From an uncultured delta proteobacterium (GTDB taxonomy: Bacteria; Desulfobacterota; WTBG01; CAIYCZ01; CAIRTM01), in NCBI GenBank assembly GCA_963804955.1, contig CAWDSQ010000032.1, positions 98,900 through 162,899 of the forward strand: a DNA stretch of 64,000 nucleotides. Reading direction: 5' to 3'. Of this stretch, positions 17,733-28,768 are shown piece by piece. Position numbers and translations under genes: made by a program. The notes below the pieces were generated by a model, which searched no databases, was not told the origin of the DNA, and was given only the letters and a program-made list of their open reading frames with translations. The first letter of the stretch is position 1. Each line of letters opens with the position of its first letter.

Positions 17733-19514
17733 TTTCGCAAATTCCTGTTGAGATGCTGCGCAACCTTCTGCAGTCTGTTCAACACTGCTCTCCGCTCCTG
17801 GCTGCTGCATATCCTGAACCCGAACTGGCCCGAATCAAAAAAGTCCATAATGCTCTTCAGCTCGTCGAGCATTTCGACAGACACCGAACCGCCCAGAATC
17901 CCGTCGAGGTCCTTGACCGTCAGGGCCTGTCCGGCAATATTAAGCCTGTCGCCGATGAAGTCTTTCAGGGCCTTTGAGCCGGTTTGGTAGAAGCGGTCAT
18001 CAGGGCCGTCGAGCGCCTTCTGTGCTTCGGCAAAGTTCTTCGTAAAATTTTTATACGCGCTTTTCAAGCGTGCGCTGCCTGGATCGCCTGAAGAGCGGTC
18101 ATGGGCCCTCTTTATAAAAAAAACCGTAAAAAAACAGGCGGCCGGCGCAAGCGCAAGCAGCAGCATCAAGGCCCGAGGACGGATACAGCAGCTCTGCGCT
18201 CAGCGCCTCATGCGTCGTGTGAACAGGCAGAATATCCTTCCCCAGCAGCTGTACCTCCTGCTTATTTGAAGAAGCCTGACCGGCTGCCTGGACCAGATCA
18301 ATTTTTTCCTTGTCCGCAGCCGGGCTTACCTGCACAACTATAGGAAGGCCCGGTTGCCGTTTTGTAGCTGCCGGCTGCCGGGTCAAAAAACGATATGCTT
18401 ATCTGCAGGAACAGTGAGCTCTCCGTGCAACCAGGGGCACAAGAGCTTTTTTTATCACCAGCTTTCCGCCGATTTTACCGTTTACCAGAGACGGTTCAAA
18501 AACAGGCTTATCGTCATAGACCTTGAAATTCTGCAGCAGCCCCATATCTATAGTCTGAAGATTTTTCAGGTTGCCCGAGCCCGATATGCTCAGCGTCAGG
18601 GTCAGGGATTCGCCGGCCAGCACCCTGGTTTTGTTCAGCTGTGAGGTAACCGTGAAATAACCGACAAGATTTTTAAAATCAGCAGGTCTGCCTTCTGCAG
18701 GAAGGGGTTTCACCGTGACCGTAAGGGGGTTGGTTCTGAAGGATTTAGGAACGGTTTCGGTGAATCCGAAAAAGGAGTCATCAAAAAAAGGATCGCCGCC
18801 GCGGCGGGAGCGCTTCTGCGATACAACGGCAGCCTGCAGGGTCGAGGGAGTTATCTCAAACATGCCGGTTTTTACGGGAAAAAGGGCCTGACGGATTTCA
18901 GTAACCGCATACTGCTGCCCATTTATAACCTTCTGATACTCCCTTTCTTTGCCGAGATTCTCGACAAGAAATCCGTCAAATGAAGGCTGGTCGGTCAGGC
19001 TTGCGCTGGCAATCTTCACCCGGCGGCAGAACTGAAGCGTATAGATAATCTGCTCATTCAGGTACGGGTTTTCATTATCGACCGAGGCGGCAACAAAAAC
19101 TTCGTCACTCTGTCTGGCTTGCGGGTCTGATTGTGCAATAGTAATGGTCAGGGGGCTGCTCTGAGCCTGTTTCCCGTCTACATCGAGCATAAAGGGGCCA
19201 ATGGTAAAGGAGCCGGTTTTTTGAGGATAGAGTATATAGTTATATTCGAGCCGGGATGTCATTCTGCCGTTGATGATGCTTACCTGGCTGGAGGTCCCGC
19301 GGGACTGAAATTTAAAAGCGCTCAGATCGGGCATCATCGGCTCTTCGCGCGTTCCCGAAACCGTTACTTTCAGGACAATATAATCATCAAGTGACGCATG
19401 GCTTTTATCAACGGAGGCGCTGATGCTTACCTCGGCCGCGCTTCCTGCCGAAACGAAAAACCCGGGGGTCAGCAGACAGATACAAACAAGCGCCCATCGC
19501 GTCATAGCCTTCAT
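17729..19514 (-). CDS. BatD family protein (frameshifted)
   Basis: SSQVSIINGR, YILYPQKTGSFTIGP, YLNEQIIYTL, VKPLP...VGYF, ISGSGNL; C-terminal TM and helical domain. Confidence 0.85.
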
Positions 19515-19529
19515 GGCAGCCCCCGCATC

Positions 19530-20421
19530 CTACCAGTCCTTGCCGGAACGCGCACCGCCCTGCGTCCTGGCCGGCTGCTTGCCTTCTTTAAGATTATCGC
19601 GGTTTTCCCTGACGCTGTCGAGCCACTGCTGGGCCTCTTCTTTGCTCATCTCACGGATATCATCCGAAGCACCCTGCTGCCTGTCATCCTGCGGCTTCTC
19701 CCCGCCTTCTGCCGGGGACAGCTGCCGGCCTTCCTGCTTCTGCTGTTCCTGTTGCTGCTTGTCTTTGTCCTGCTGCGCCTGCTGCCCTTCCTGCTTTTCC
19801 TGCTTTTGCCCCTGCTGCTCCTTCTGCTGTCCGCCGCTCTGCGTCTGATTATCCTGCTGAGGGTTTTTGCAGGTTCTGGTCTTTTTTCTGCTCCTGTTGC
19901 TGCTGCTTCTGCTGCGTATCTTTTGCTTCGTTCATGCGCCTTTTTATCTCTTCGCGCACGAACTCGATATTTTGCTGCGCATCCTTATCAGCCGGGTCAA
20001 GTTCAAGGGCTTTTTTATAATACTCTATGGCTTCCTCAAGCTTCCCCTGCCGGTACAGGGCATTGCCGGCATTAAACAGGGCCTTTTCTTCAAGGCGGGC
20101 ATCCCGGGCAGTTGCTGCCACATCGAGATAGCCTTTCAGCGCCTCTTCATAGTTCTTCATCATGTACTTTGATGAAGCTATATTATACTTAAGCTGAGCA
20201 TCCTCGGGGTGCTCGATCTGGCCGTCGACAAAAACATTGAGAGCTTCATCGTACTTTTCCCGGGCATACAGATCAGCGCCTTTTTTCACCGTTTCGTGAA
20301 GGGTTGCAGCCTGGCAGCATACGGGCACAAGCAGCACCCATGCGCATAAGCCGATTGCGCCTTTCACACAAGGCCGGAAAACTCTGTGATAGTGATGTTT
20401 GATGCTGGCAACCATGCTCAT
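19530..20421 (-). CDS. BatC-like TPR protein with Q/E/K-rich tail (frameshifted)
   Basis: ALFNAGNALYRQGKLEEAIEYYKKALELDP; low-complexity linker; ends with KDW. Confidence 0.78.
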
Positions 20422-20792
20422 TGGTCGGATTGCGAAGATAAAGATGTTTCAAGAGACGAAATTATCCGCTGAGCCCGATCGAGGAACTCTTTTGGCACAA
20501 GTATCAGTCCCCAGCCTTTTTGCGGAATAAAAATACCGTCAAAGGAGGTATCGGCAAAGCTGCGCACGAGCACGGGTATGCCCTCTTTTTCCAGCGCATC
20601 CCGCATGACATCGGCTGCAAAACTGTCGTGAAGGGTCAGAACGGGCACAAACTCCTCGTCAGCCTCTCGCTCCCGGGCGCGGCAGACGGCATCCCATTCA
20701 ACCTGCCCAACAAGCGCAAAACCGCAGTCGGCGCATATGCTGATAGTATCGTGGTATTCAGTCGAGCATTTTGTGCAGTATTTCATAACCAT
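20418..20792 (-). CDS. Zn-ribbon + DUF2007-like protein
   Basis: YCTKC...CADCG; LEKEGIPVLV...ILVP. Confidence 0.7.
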   Translation of the reverse strand: MVMKYCTKCSTEYHDTISICADCGFALVGQVEWDAVCRAREREADEEFVPVLTLHDSFAADVMRDALEKEGIPVLVRSFADTSFDGIFIPQKGWGLILVPKEFLDRAQRIISSLETSLSSQSDQ

Positions 20793-20808
20793 CCCCCATG
20801 CGCTGAAT

Positions 20809-21282
20809 TTATTTAAAACTGATCTCAGTTATTGAATAATTTCTTAACCCGCCCGGAGTTTTAACGGCAACGCTGTCGCCCTCCTCTTTGCCGATAAGTG
20901 CGCGCGCTATAGGTGAACTGATGGAAACTTTGCCCAGCGTCACATCGGCCTCATCGACGCCGACAATCGTATAGGAGACCTCCTCTCCCTTGTCTTCATC
21001 CTGCAGCAGCACCGTGGCCCCGAACACGACCCTGTCGGATGACAGTGTGCTCGTATCAATCACCTTGGCACCTGAAAGGCGCTGTTCCATCTCGCGGATC
21101 CGGGTCTCGATAAAGGCCTTTTTTTCTTTAGCAGCCGTATATTCGGCATTCTCGGAAAGATCACCATGAGCCGCTGCAACCATGACCTCCTTGATGATAT
21201 CCTGAAGGTCATAGACCGTCATGCGCCTGAGTTTTTCCTTCAGATCCTCATACCCCTGTTTGGTCATTATATTGTCGCTCAT
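20809..21282 (-). CDS. greA: Transcription elongation factor GreA
   Basis: HGDLSENAEYTAAKE; ISSPIARALIGK. Confidence 0.96.
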   Translation of the reverse strand: MSDNIMTKQGYEDLKEKLRRMTVYDLQDIIKEVMVAAAHGDLSENAEYTAAKEKKAFIETRIREMEQRLSGAKVIDTSTLSSDRVVFGATVLLQDEDKGEEVSYTIVGVDEADVTLGKVSISSPIARALIGKEEGDSVAVKTPGGLRNYSITEISFK

Positions 21283-21455
21283 ACCGCTTCAGCCTTTATG
21301 CATGTCTTAAAAAACAGAAAGGATGACTGCCCGCAGCCATCCACCCGAAAAGATTCATCTAAATTCTCTAATACATCACGCATTCATCCTTGTCAACTGC
21401 AAACAAACCTGCAAGAGGACATGATAATTTAATCATTTTATGATACTCTGCCCGC

Positions 21456-23204
21456 ATGAAAGAATTCCTGACCCTGCGCGATTATATTATTCGTGACCGC
21501 TGGTATCTGGCGGGCGGCTTTGCAGCGCTGATCGGCGTCGATCTGCTCCAGCTCCTGATACCCCTGGTGCTAAAATCCGCCGTTGACGATCTCACCCTTG
21601 CCTCCTTTTCGGAAAACACCCTCCTGCAGCACGGGCTGCTCATTGTGGCCATCGGGGCTGCGGCCGCAGTGCTGCGTTTCTTCTGGCGCTATTGCATTAT
21701 AGGAGCTTCCCGCAGAATTGAGACCGCCCTGCGCGACCGCCTCTTTACTCATGCCATCCACCTGCCCCTTGCAGGGCTGGTGAACACCAGGACCGGCGAT
21801 CTCATGTCGCGCATGACCAATGATATTGACGCCGTCAGAATGTGCACCGGCATCGGCATTGTGGCCATGATCGACACGGTCGTGCTCGGCCTGGCCTCGG
21901 TCATTTTCATGGCCTGTCTCAGCATGAAGCTCGCCCTGCTGTGCCTTATGCCCATGCTGATCATCATTCTGGCCACATGGCGCATGGGAGGGCTGCTGCA
22001 CAAACGGTTCTCGCAGGTGCAGGCCTCTTTTTCCCGCATGACCGAAATGGTACGCGAAACCCTTGCCGGCATGGCTGTCATACGTGCTTTTGCACGCGAG
22101 CCTGATAATGCCAGGAGCTTCACAACGGTCAGCGCGGATTACATCGACAAAAACATGGCCCTTGTAAAAATCTGGGGATCCCTGTTCCCGTTCATTGTTT
22201 TTATTTCAAACATAAGCGTTTGCGTGCTCATCTTCTTCGGCGGCCGCTACACCATCGAGGGGGCGATAACGCCCGGCGATTTTGTGGCCTTTGCCAATTA
22301 TATCTGGATACTTATCTGGCCCATGATTGCCCTGGGCTGGATCGTGAACCTTTTTCAGCGTGGCGCTGCGTCCATGGCCAGAATTAATGCCGTGCTCGCC
22401 ATGCCCGCTGAGCCCCTGGAAAATGGCCGCCCGGGGCCCTGCGCCGCTGCGGGAAGCATAGAGGTGCGCAATCTCAGCTTTACCTATGCTGCAGCGGCAA
22501 GGCCGGCCCTGAACGATATTTCACTGGCCATACCGGCGGGCAGCACCATCGGCATTACCGGCACGACCGGTTCGGGCAAATCAACACTGTGCAGCCTGCT
22601 GCTGCGTTTTTTCGACCCGCCCCGGGGCTCGATTTTTATTGACGGCACGGATATATGCGATATCACCCTGCGGGACATCCGGTCCTGCATGGCCTATGTC
22701 CCCCAGGACAGCTTTCTGTTTTCCGACACGATTATGGCCAATATCGTCTATGGCAGGCCTGATGCCTCAGCAGGTGAAGCTGAGGCTCAGGCAGACCTGG
22801 CGCGTATGACGGATGAAATCCTGTCTTTCAGCAATGGCTTTAAAACCCTCATCGGCGAAAAAGGCATTACCCTCTCGGGAGGCCAGAAACAGCGCCTCTG
22901 CATAGCACGGGCGCTGCTCATGAAAACGCCGGTGCTGATTTTTGACGATGCTCTTTCATCCCTTGATGCCGCAACGACTCAGCAGCTGATTGCAAAGCTC
23001 AAGGCTCAGGCCGGCACCAGGACCAGCATCATTGTTTCAAACCGTATCGCGTCAATCCAGCATGCAGATGCTATCTATGTGTTTGACGGCGGCCGCATTG
23101 CGGCACAGGGAACCCACGGAGGGCTGCTTGCCGGCGGAGGGCTCTACTATCAGCTCTACCAGCGGCAGAAGCTCGAAGAAGCAGAGGCGCCGTCCCATGT
23201 ATAA
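21456..23204 (+). CDS. ABC exporter, fused TM + ATPase (heterodimer subunit 1)
   Basis: GTTGSGKST, LSGGQKQR, degenerate Walker B DDALS. Confidence 0.93.
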   Translation: MKEFLTLRDYIIRDRWYLAGGFAALIGVDLLQLLIPLVLKSAVDDLTLASFSENTLLQHGLLIVAIGAAAAVLRFFWRYCIIGASRRIETALRDRLFTHAIHLPLAGLVNTRTGDLMSRMTNDIDAVRMCTGIGIVAMIDTVVLGLASVIFMACLSMKLALLCLMPMLIIILATWRMGGLLHKRFSQVQASFSRMTEMVRETLAGMAVIRAFAREPDNARSFTTVSADYIDKNMALVKIWGSLFPFIVFISNISVCVLIFFGGRYTIEGAITPGDFVAFANYIWILIWPMIALGWIVNLFQRGAASMARINAVLAMPAEPLENGRPGPCAAAGSIEVRNLSFTYAAAARPALNDISLAIPAGSTIGITGTTGSGKSTLCSLLLRFFDPPRGSIFIDGTDICDITLRDIRSCMAYVPQDSFLFSDTIMANIVYGRPDASAGEAEAQADLARMTDEILSFSNGFKTLIGEKGITLSGGQKQRLCIARALLMKTPVLIFDDALSSLDAATTQQLIAKLKAQAGTRTSIIVSNRIASIQHADAIYVFDGGRIAAQGTHGGLLAGGGLYYQLYQRQKLEEAEAPSHV

Positions 23205-23213
23205 CCGGGGTCA

Positions 23214-25325
23214 TTGACTATGCGCGGCGAGGCCATACATCACGAAGAATCACATGCGTCAAAAGTAGCACTTTCAAAGCTGCTGCTTTTTTTCATGCAT
23301 TATTTCATACCCTATAAAAAGGCCGTTGCCCTCACAACGCTGCTTGCCCTTATGGTCATCGCCACGGAGCTCCTGCTGCCGCAGCTCTTGAGGACAGCCC
23401 TTGACCGATGCATTGCTCCCACCGCCCGCATGATCGCCGATCAGCCCGGCCGCTCTGCTGCTGCCCGGCTGCAGTCTGTGGATCGCAGGCTCCTTCTGCC
23501 GGCCGGCCGCCCGGGCTGCTTCTTCATCCTTCCCGGGCAGTTGCGCCGTCTGGGGGATGCCGAAATCAAACTCATGGAGAATTCAGGGCTTCTGCTGCCG
23601 GAAAAATATTATGCGGCTCCGGCAACTGCCGGCACCAATGCTGTTGCCGCAAAATACCCGGACCTTTTTCAAACTGCAGACGCTTTCAACCTGATCGCCT
23701 ATGACAAGCTCGGCGGCCTTGAAAAGCCCGATCTCATGGCCCTGCGCAGCCATGACCTGCAGGGGCTATCCGGCATTTGCCTTGCCTTTATCGGAATACT
23801 CCTTACCGGCTTTATACTCAATTTCATCCAGATTTTTTTGGTGGAGCGCACGAGTCAGCGCATCATGCACGACCTTCGGTGCAGCATATTCAGCCACCTG
23901 CAGGGAAGGGATATGTCGTTTTTCACAAAAAACCCCGTAGGCCGGCTGGTCACGCGCGCAACCAGCGATGTGCAGAACCTGCATGAAATGTTCAGCGCCC
24001 TGTTCTCCAGTATTTTTAAAGATATTTTTCTCATACTGGGCATTATGGCGGCTCTGTTTATTCTGAGCTGGAAGCTTTCCCTTGTCTGCTTTGCTCTGCT
24101 GCCCCTGCTGATCGCGGGAGCAGCAGCCTTCAGCTACACCTCGCACAATGCCTTCCGGGAGGTGCGCCTCAAGATTGCAGCCCTCAACTCCATGATTCAG
24201 GAAAACCTCGGAGGCATAACGGTAGTGAAGGCCTTCTGCCGCGAATGGCGCACGGCGGCCAGGTTCAGCGGCGTGAATCATGAAACCTACCTCGCCAATA
24301 TGAAGCAGACCGTCGTCTTTGCCATATTCACACCGCTGGTTGATTTTACCCGCGTCTGCGCCTTTGCCCTGATCATATGGTACGGCGGCGGACAGACCCT
24401 TCGGGAGGCCATATCCATTGGCACGCTGGTTATTTTCCTGTATTATATGCGCATGTTTTTTACGCCTATTCAGGACCTGGCGGAAAAATACAATATAGTC
24501 CAGTCTGCCTGCGCCTCCCTTGAGCGATTGTACCTGCTGTTTGAAGAAAAAACCGTCATTGCAGACTGCCCCGAAGCGATGGTCCCCGGCATGCCGGCAG
24601 GTGCTGTCGAGTTTCGCAATGTCACCTTCGGCTACAATGAGCACGAAACCGTGCTCCATGACATATCCTTCACGGTCAAGCCGGGCGAAACAGTTGCCAT
24701 TGTAGGGCTTACCGGAGCAGGCAAGACCACCATCATCAATCTGCTTGAACGATTCTATGACGTGCAGGCAGGCTCGATTCTCATCGATTCTCGTGATATA
24801 CGCACCATGCCGCAGCCCTTTCTGCGAAGCAGCATCGGCCTTGTGCTGCAGGATGTATTTTTGTTTGCCGGCACGATCAGATCGAATATAACACTGGGCT
24901 GCGAGGGCTTCACCGATGAGCAGATACTGCAGGCCCTGGCGGTTGCCAATGCAGACCGCCTGGTTGCAAAACTGCCCGGCGGGCTTGATGAGATGGTTAC
25001 CGAAGGCGGCAAAACGCTCTCTGCAGGCGAGCGGCAGCTGCTCTCATTTGCCCGGGCCGTGCTCATCGACCCGAAAATACTGGTCCTCGACGAAGCCACC
25101 TCCAATATCGACCCCGTCACCGAGGGGCTCATTCAGGATGCTCTTGACAGAATGCTGCGGGGTCGAACCTGCATCGTCATCGCCCACCGGTTCTCAACCA
25201 TCAAAAAGGCAGACCGCATCATTGTGCTGCACAAGGGCAAAGTCGCCGAATCAGGCTCTCATGATGAGCTCATGGCATCAAGCATCCTGTACAAACAGCT
25301 CTATGAGCTGCAGTATAAAAAATAA
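23214..25325 (+). CDS. ABC exporter, fused TM + ATPase (heterodimer subunit 2)
   Basis: GLTGAGKTT, LSAGERQ, LDEATS, IAHR; long insertion after TM1. Confidence 0.93.
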   Translation: MTMRGEAIHHEESHASKVALSKLLLFFMHYFIPYKKAVALTTLLALMVIATELLLPQLLRTALDRCIAPTARMIADQPGRSAAARLQSVDRRLLLPAGRPGCFFILPGQLRRLGDAEIKLMENSGLLLPEKYYAAPATAGTNAVAAKYPDLFQTADAFNLIAYDKLGGLEKPDLMALRSHDLQGLSGICLAFIGILLTGFILNFIQIFLVERTSQRIMHDLRCSIFSHLQGRDMSFFTKNPVGRLVTRATSDVQNLHEMFSALFSSIFKDIFLILGIMAALFILSWKLSLVCFALLPLLIAGAAAFSYTSHNAFREVRLKIAALNSMIQENLGGITVVKAFCREWRTAARFSGVNHETYLANMKQTVVFAIFTPLVDFTRVCAFALIIWYGGGQTLREAISIGTLVIFLYYMRMFFTPIQDLAEKYNIVQSACASLERLYLLFEEKTVIADCPEAMVPGMPAGAVEFRNVTFGYNEHETVLHDISFTVKPGETVAIVGLTGAGKTTIINLLERFYDVQAGSILIDSRDIRTMPQPFLRSSIGLVLQDVFLFAGTIRSNITLGCEGFTDEQILQALAVANADRLVAKLPGGLDEMVTEGGKTLSAGERQLLSFARAVLIDPKILVLDEATSNIDPVTEGLIQDALDRMLRGRTCIVIAHRFSTIKKADRIIVLHKGKVAESGSHDELMASSILYKQLYELQYKK

Positions 25326-25459
25326 GAGTGCTTCAGTAAAGGGCGCAGGATCCACATCTCACAGTCCCAAATTCCCTAAAATTTCTCTAAATAAAGTTGA
25401 CACATTTTTTTTAAAAATGTACACTTTTATAAAGTGCATATAGTTGCGAGGTGTTTCTC

Positions 25460-25696
25460 ATGATTGTAACCAGCATCAAAGAGGCCAGAGGGAATTTAAG
25501 CTCTCTGCTGCAAAAAGTAGAGCGTGGCGAGGAAGTGGTTATAACACGCCATGGCAAACGCATTGCGCGAATCACGTCGCCGACAGGTCAGACAAAACAC
25601 CTTCCAGGTCTTTCTGATTTCAGATCAGCCATTGCGGTCCAAGGGAAACCACTCAGTCAGGCAGTCATTGATGTGCGCAGCACAGAGAAATACTGA
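25460..25696 (+). CDS. Phd/YefM family antitoxin
   Basis: SIKEARGNLSSLLQKVERGEEVVITRHGKRIARI. Confidence 0.9.
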   Translation: MIVTSIKEARGNLSSLLQKVERGEEVVITRHGKRIARITSPTGQTKHLPGLSDFRSAIAVQGKPLSQAVIDVRSTEKY

Positions 25697-26133
25697 TGGA
25701 CTACTTTGACACAAGCGTTTTAGCGGCATACTACTGCCCGGAGCCCAACAGCCCTGCGGCAGAGAAAATCATACTGCATTCTAAGAGCCCTGCAATCAGC
25801 GACCTTACGGAACTTGAGCTTGCATCGGCCCTATCACGAAAAATCAGGGAAAAGTCTATCACGCGGGAAGACGGCCGTAAAATTATTGCCCTGTTTCAAT
25901 CGCATGTTTCGCAGGGGCTGTTTCAAAAAATAGCTGTCGAGCAGGAACACTTTCAGATTGCGCGAGCCTGGATAGCTCAATTCACAACGCCACTCAGAAC
26001 TCTTGATGCCCTTCATCTTGCCATCGCGCATACGCAGAAAGCATTATTTTTCACTTCCGATCTGCTTCTTGTGAAAGCTGCCCGTCACTTTGGAATCAGC
26101 GTGAAACTTGTCAGCAATAGCCTTAAGCCGTAG
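25696..26133 (+). CDS. VapC/PIN-domain toxin
   Basis: YFDTSVL...ELASAL...LRTLDALHLA...TSD. Confidence 0.9.
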   Translation: MDYFDTSVLAAYYCPEPNSPAAEKIILHSKSPAISDLTELELASALSRKIREKSITREDGRKIIALFQSHVSQGLFQKIAVEQEHFQIARAWIAQFTTPLRTLDALHLAIAHTQKALFFTSDLLLVKAARHFGISVKLVSNSLKP

Positions 26134-26200
26134 CTTTGAAGCTTACGGCCCACTTGTGCCCCATGTGTTTGTGTAATCCCCTTCACATATTTCCCTTTTT

Positions 26201-26249
26201 ATTAAGTCAACTATTTTAAGTTGACTTAATATATTTAACAAGCTATATA
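26201..26249 (+). promoter_or_regulatory. 12-bp perfect inverted repeat overlapping a sigma70-like promoter
   Basis: ATTAAGTCAACT-ATTTTA-AGTTGACTTAAT; -35 TTGACT 26221-26226, 17-bp spacer, -10 TATATA 26244-26249; ATG at 26256 with no RBS. Confidence 0.7.
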
Positions 26250-26255
26250 AAGCTT

Positions 26256-26681
26256 ATGAATGCATCATATAATAACATAATGAGGCGTTTCGCCTGCTAT
26301 GGAGTGCTGCACCGGGAGGCTGTAAAGAACGACCGTACGGCGTTAGGTCAGCTTATCCGACGGGGCTTCGCCCAAAAGGCTTACAGGAGCGGGCGCCTTT
26401 TTTACGAGCTAACTGAAAAGGCTCTGCCTCTGCTGGAGTGTCAGCGCATAAAGCTCCTTGAAGATGCTCAGATGCACTTGCTCATCGAGGATGGTTCTGC
26501 TTTTTTTCGCGCGCTTTTCGATGACGTGCGGTTTTTGGATGAAACAAGCCCCGAGGCCCAGGACTTCATCTTTCTCGGGGACTGGCAGCTAAGGAGGCCT
26601 GTTGTTCCGTCGCAGCTTTTGCTCTCTCAGCTGCGCTTTTATCGCGACTGCATCCCTAGGCGCACCAGGAAGGCAGCATGA
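26256..26681 (+). CDS. Hypothetical protein with wHTH-like N-terminus
   Basis: ALGQLIRRGFAQKAYRSGRLFYELTEKA resembles a winged-helix wing; overlaps the next start (ATGA). Confidence 0.65.
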   Translation: MNASYNNIMRRFACYGVLHREAVKNDRTALGQLIRRGFAQKAYRSGRLFYELTEKALPLLECQRIKLLEDAQMHLLIEDGSAFFRALFDDVRFLDETSPEAQDFIFLGDWQLRRPVVPSQLLLSQLRFYRDCIPRRTRKAA

Positions 26682-27244
26682 AGAAGACAAAACACTATAG
26701 CGCGGTAACGCGCGAAGACTTGGTCAGGATTCTGGCACAGATAGACGATCTGCTGGTAAAGCAAAAAAGGAAGATCTCCGTCACGACGATCGGCGGGGTT
26801 TCAATCATACTCCAGGGCTTCCGCGATCGTTCGACGACGGATATTGACATCGCCAATGTTGAAGATGCGGCTGCGTTTCAGGAAACCTGTGCAGGCAAGG
26901 GTATTCCTGTCGATATTGTTACCATCTCTTCAACCGTGGACTTCCTGCATGCACCGAAGGTCGTTCTTTTTAGCGGCAGGGCACTGGTGGTGAACTCGGT
27001 AACAGCGCAGGATTTGATAAAACTCAAGCTCGAACGGTTCTACAAGCAGGATCCGGAAGACATCTATGCGATAATCGAAAAAACCTCACTGCCCTACGAA
27101 CGATATAAGGCCATTGTCTCTGACATGATCACAGACTTCATCGGCAACCCCCGCGCCCTGCTCCTCTCTGCGATGGTTATCGTCGAAACGGTGTATCCTG
27201 AGAATAAGGCGGATTTTGGGACCCTGCTGACAGAGTGCAGCTAA
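26678..27244 (+). CDS. DUF6036/AbiEii-like nucleotidyltransferase
   Basis: IGGVSI...RSTTDIDI (GG and DxD) and DLIKLKLERFYKQDPEDI. Confidence 0.75.
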   Translation: MKKTKHYSAVTREDLVRILAQIDDLLVKQKRKISVTTIGGVSIILQGFRDRSTTDIDIANVEDAAAFQETCAGKGIPVDIVTISSTVDFLHAPKVVLFSGRALVVNSVTAQDLIKLKLERFYKQDPEDIYAIIEKTSLPYERYKAIVSDMITDFIGNPRALLLSAMVIVETVYPENKADFGTLLTECS

Positions 27245-27416
27245 GTGAGAGGCAGAACAGAGCACCGCCCCCTGTGTTTCCACCGGCCTGCTACTTCTGC
27301 TGTGCCACAATACTGAGCAACAAAACAATTGCGAAAATCAGCCGGTTCTGATATTTTTTATACATGACAAGCGCGCCTGTTTGCGGGCGCGTATTCTATT
27401 TTCAGGACCCGGGTTT

Positions 27417-28768
27417 ATGAAACGAATTCTCACCATTGCAGCCTCCGACAGCGGCGGCGGCGCAGGCATACAGGCCGACATAAAAACCATCACCGTCCTG
27501 GGCGGCTACGGCCTCTCGCGCCCTCACAGCCCTGACCGCGCAGAATACTCGTGAGCGTCACGGCTATTCATGCCGTTCCGCCTGAATTTCTGCAGGCTCA
27601 GCTTGATGCCGTGCTCACGCGATATCGGCGTTGATGCGGCAAAAACCGGCATGCTGCACAACAGCCGAAACCATCGCTGTTGTGGCCCGGGCCGCAGAGC
27701 AGTATAAAATCCCCAATCTCGTTGTCGATCCGGTCATGCGCTCAAAAGGCGGCAGCTGCCTGCTGGAAGACGCGGCAATCGAAGCGCTCAAGCGTGAGCT
27801 TCTGCCCCGGGCAGCGCTGGTCACGCCCAATCTCGATGAGGCGGCCCTGCTGTGCGGATTTCCGGTCGACGGACTTGAAGCCATGAAAGCCGCCGCAAAA
27901 AGCATCCATGCTCTGGGCCCGAAAAACGTGCTGATTAAAGGCGGGCATCTTGCCGGCGACTGCATTGACCTGCTCTTTGACGGCAAGGAATTCACGACAT
28001 TTGCCGGCCCGCGTTTTGACACCAAAAACACGCATGGCACGGGCTGCACCCTGTCGGCTGCGATTGCAACCGGCCTTGGCCAGGGGCTATGCCTTGCGCA
28101 GATGCCGTCCGCCGCGCAAAAGACTATGTCACGACAGCCATCCGGTTTGCCCTGCCCTTTGGCAGCGGCCACGGCCCCACCAATCACCTTGCCTGGACAG
28201 ACCGCAATGCACAGTTCTACACCTGCGGCCTTGATCTTGAGGCAGCGGTTGCCACGCTTCAAGCAAGCGCGCATCGGCAGGCTCATACCGGAGATACAGT
28301 CAAATCTCGGCTTTGCCCTTGCAGCGGCCGAAACGCCCGACGATGTCATGGCATACCCGGGCCGCATCATACGCCTTGACGACAGCATAACAACGGTTTC
28401 ACCGCCGCGGCCCGGCGGCTCGCGCCATATTGCAAAAATAATTCTTACCGCCATGAGATACAATCCGGCATACCGCTCAGCCATGGCACTGTGCTACGAG
28501 CCTCAGCTGATTGACTGCATCAGATCGCTTGGCTTTACGGTTGGAGAATTCGACCGCCGCCAGGAGCCGGCAAATGTTAAAGAAATTGAGGGATCATCCC
28601 TTGAATGGGGAACAAAAAGCGCCATTGAAACAGCCGGGGGCACAGTGCCCGATATCATATTCGACCGGGGCGATGTGGGCAAAGAGCCTGTCACGCGAGT
28701 TCTGGGCGCCAGCCCGGCTGGACGTGGCCGGCAAAATCATAAAAATTGCACAGGAGTACAAAGGATAA
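27417..28768 (+). CDS. thiD: HMP/HMP-P kinase fused to a ThiN-type thiamine-phosphate synthase domain (frameshifted)
   Basis: [47 protein letters not shown]; then LIPEIQSNL...PGRI...GGSRHIA...[10 protein letters not shown] (ThiN). Confidence 0.88.

Noticed and set aside
27245..27416. TPP riboswitch upstream of thiD
   Set aside because: The conserved CTGAGA...ACCTG...GCGNAGG elements were not found.
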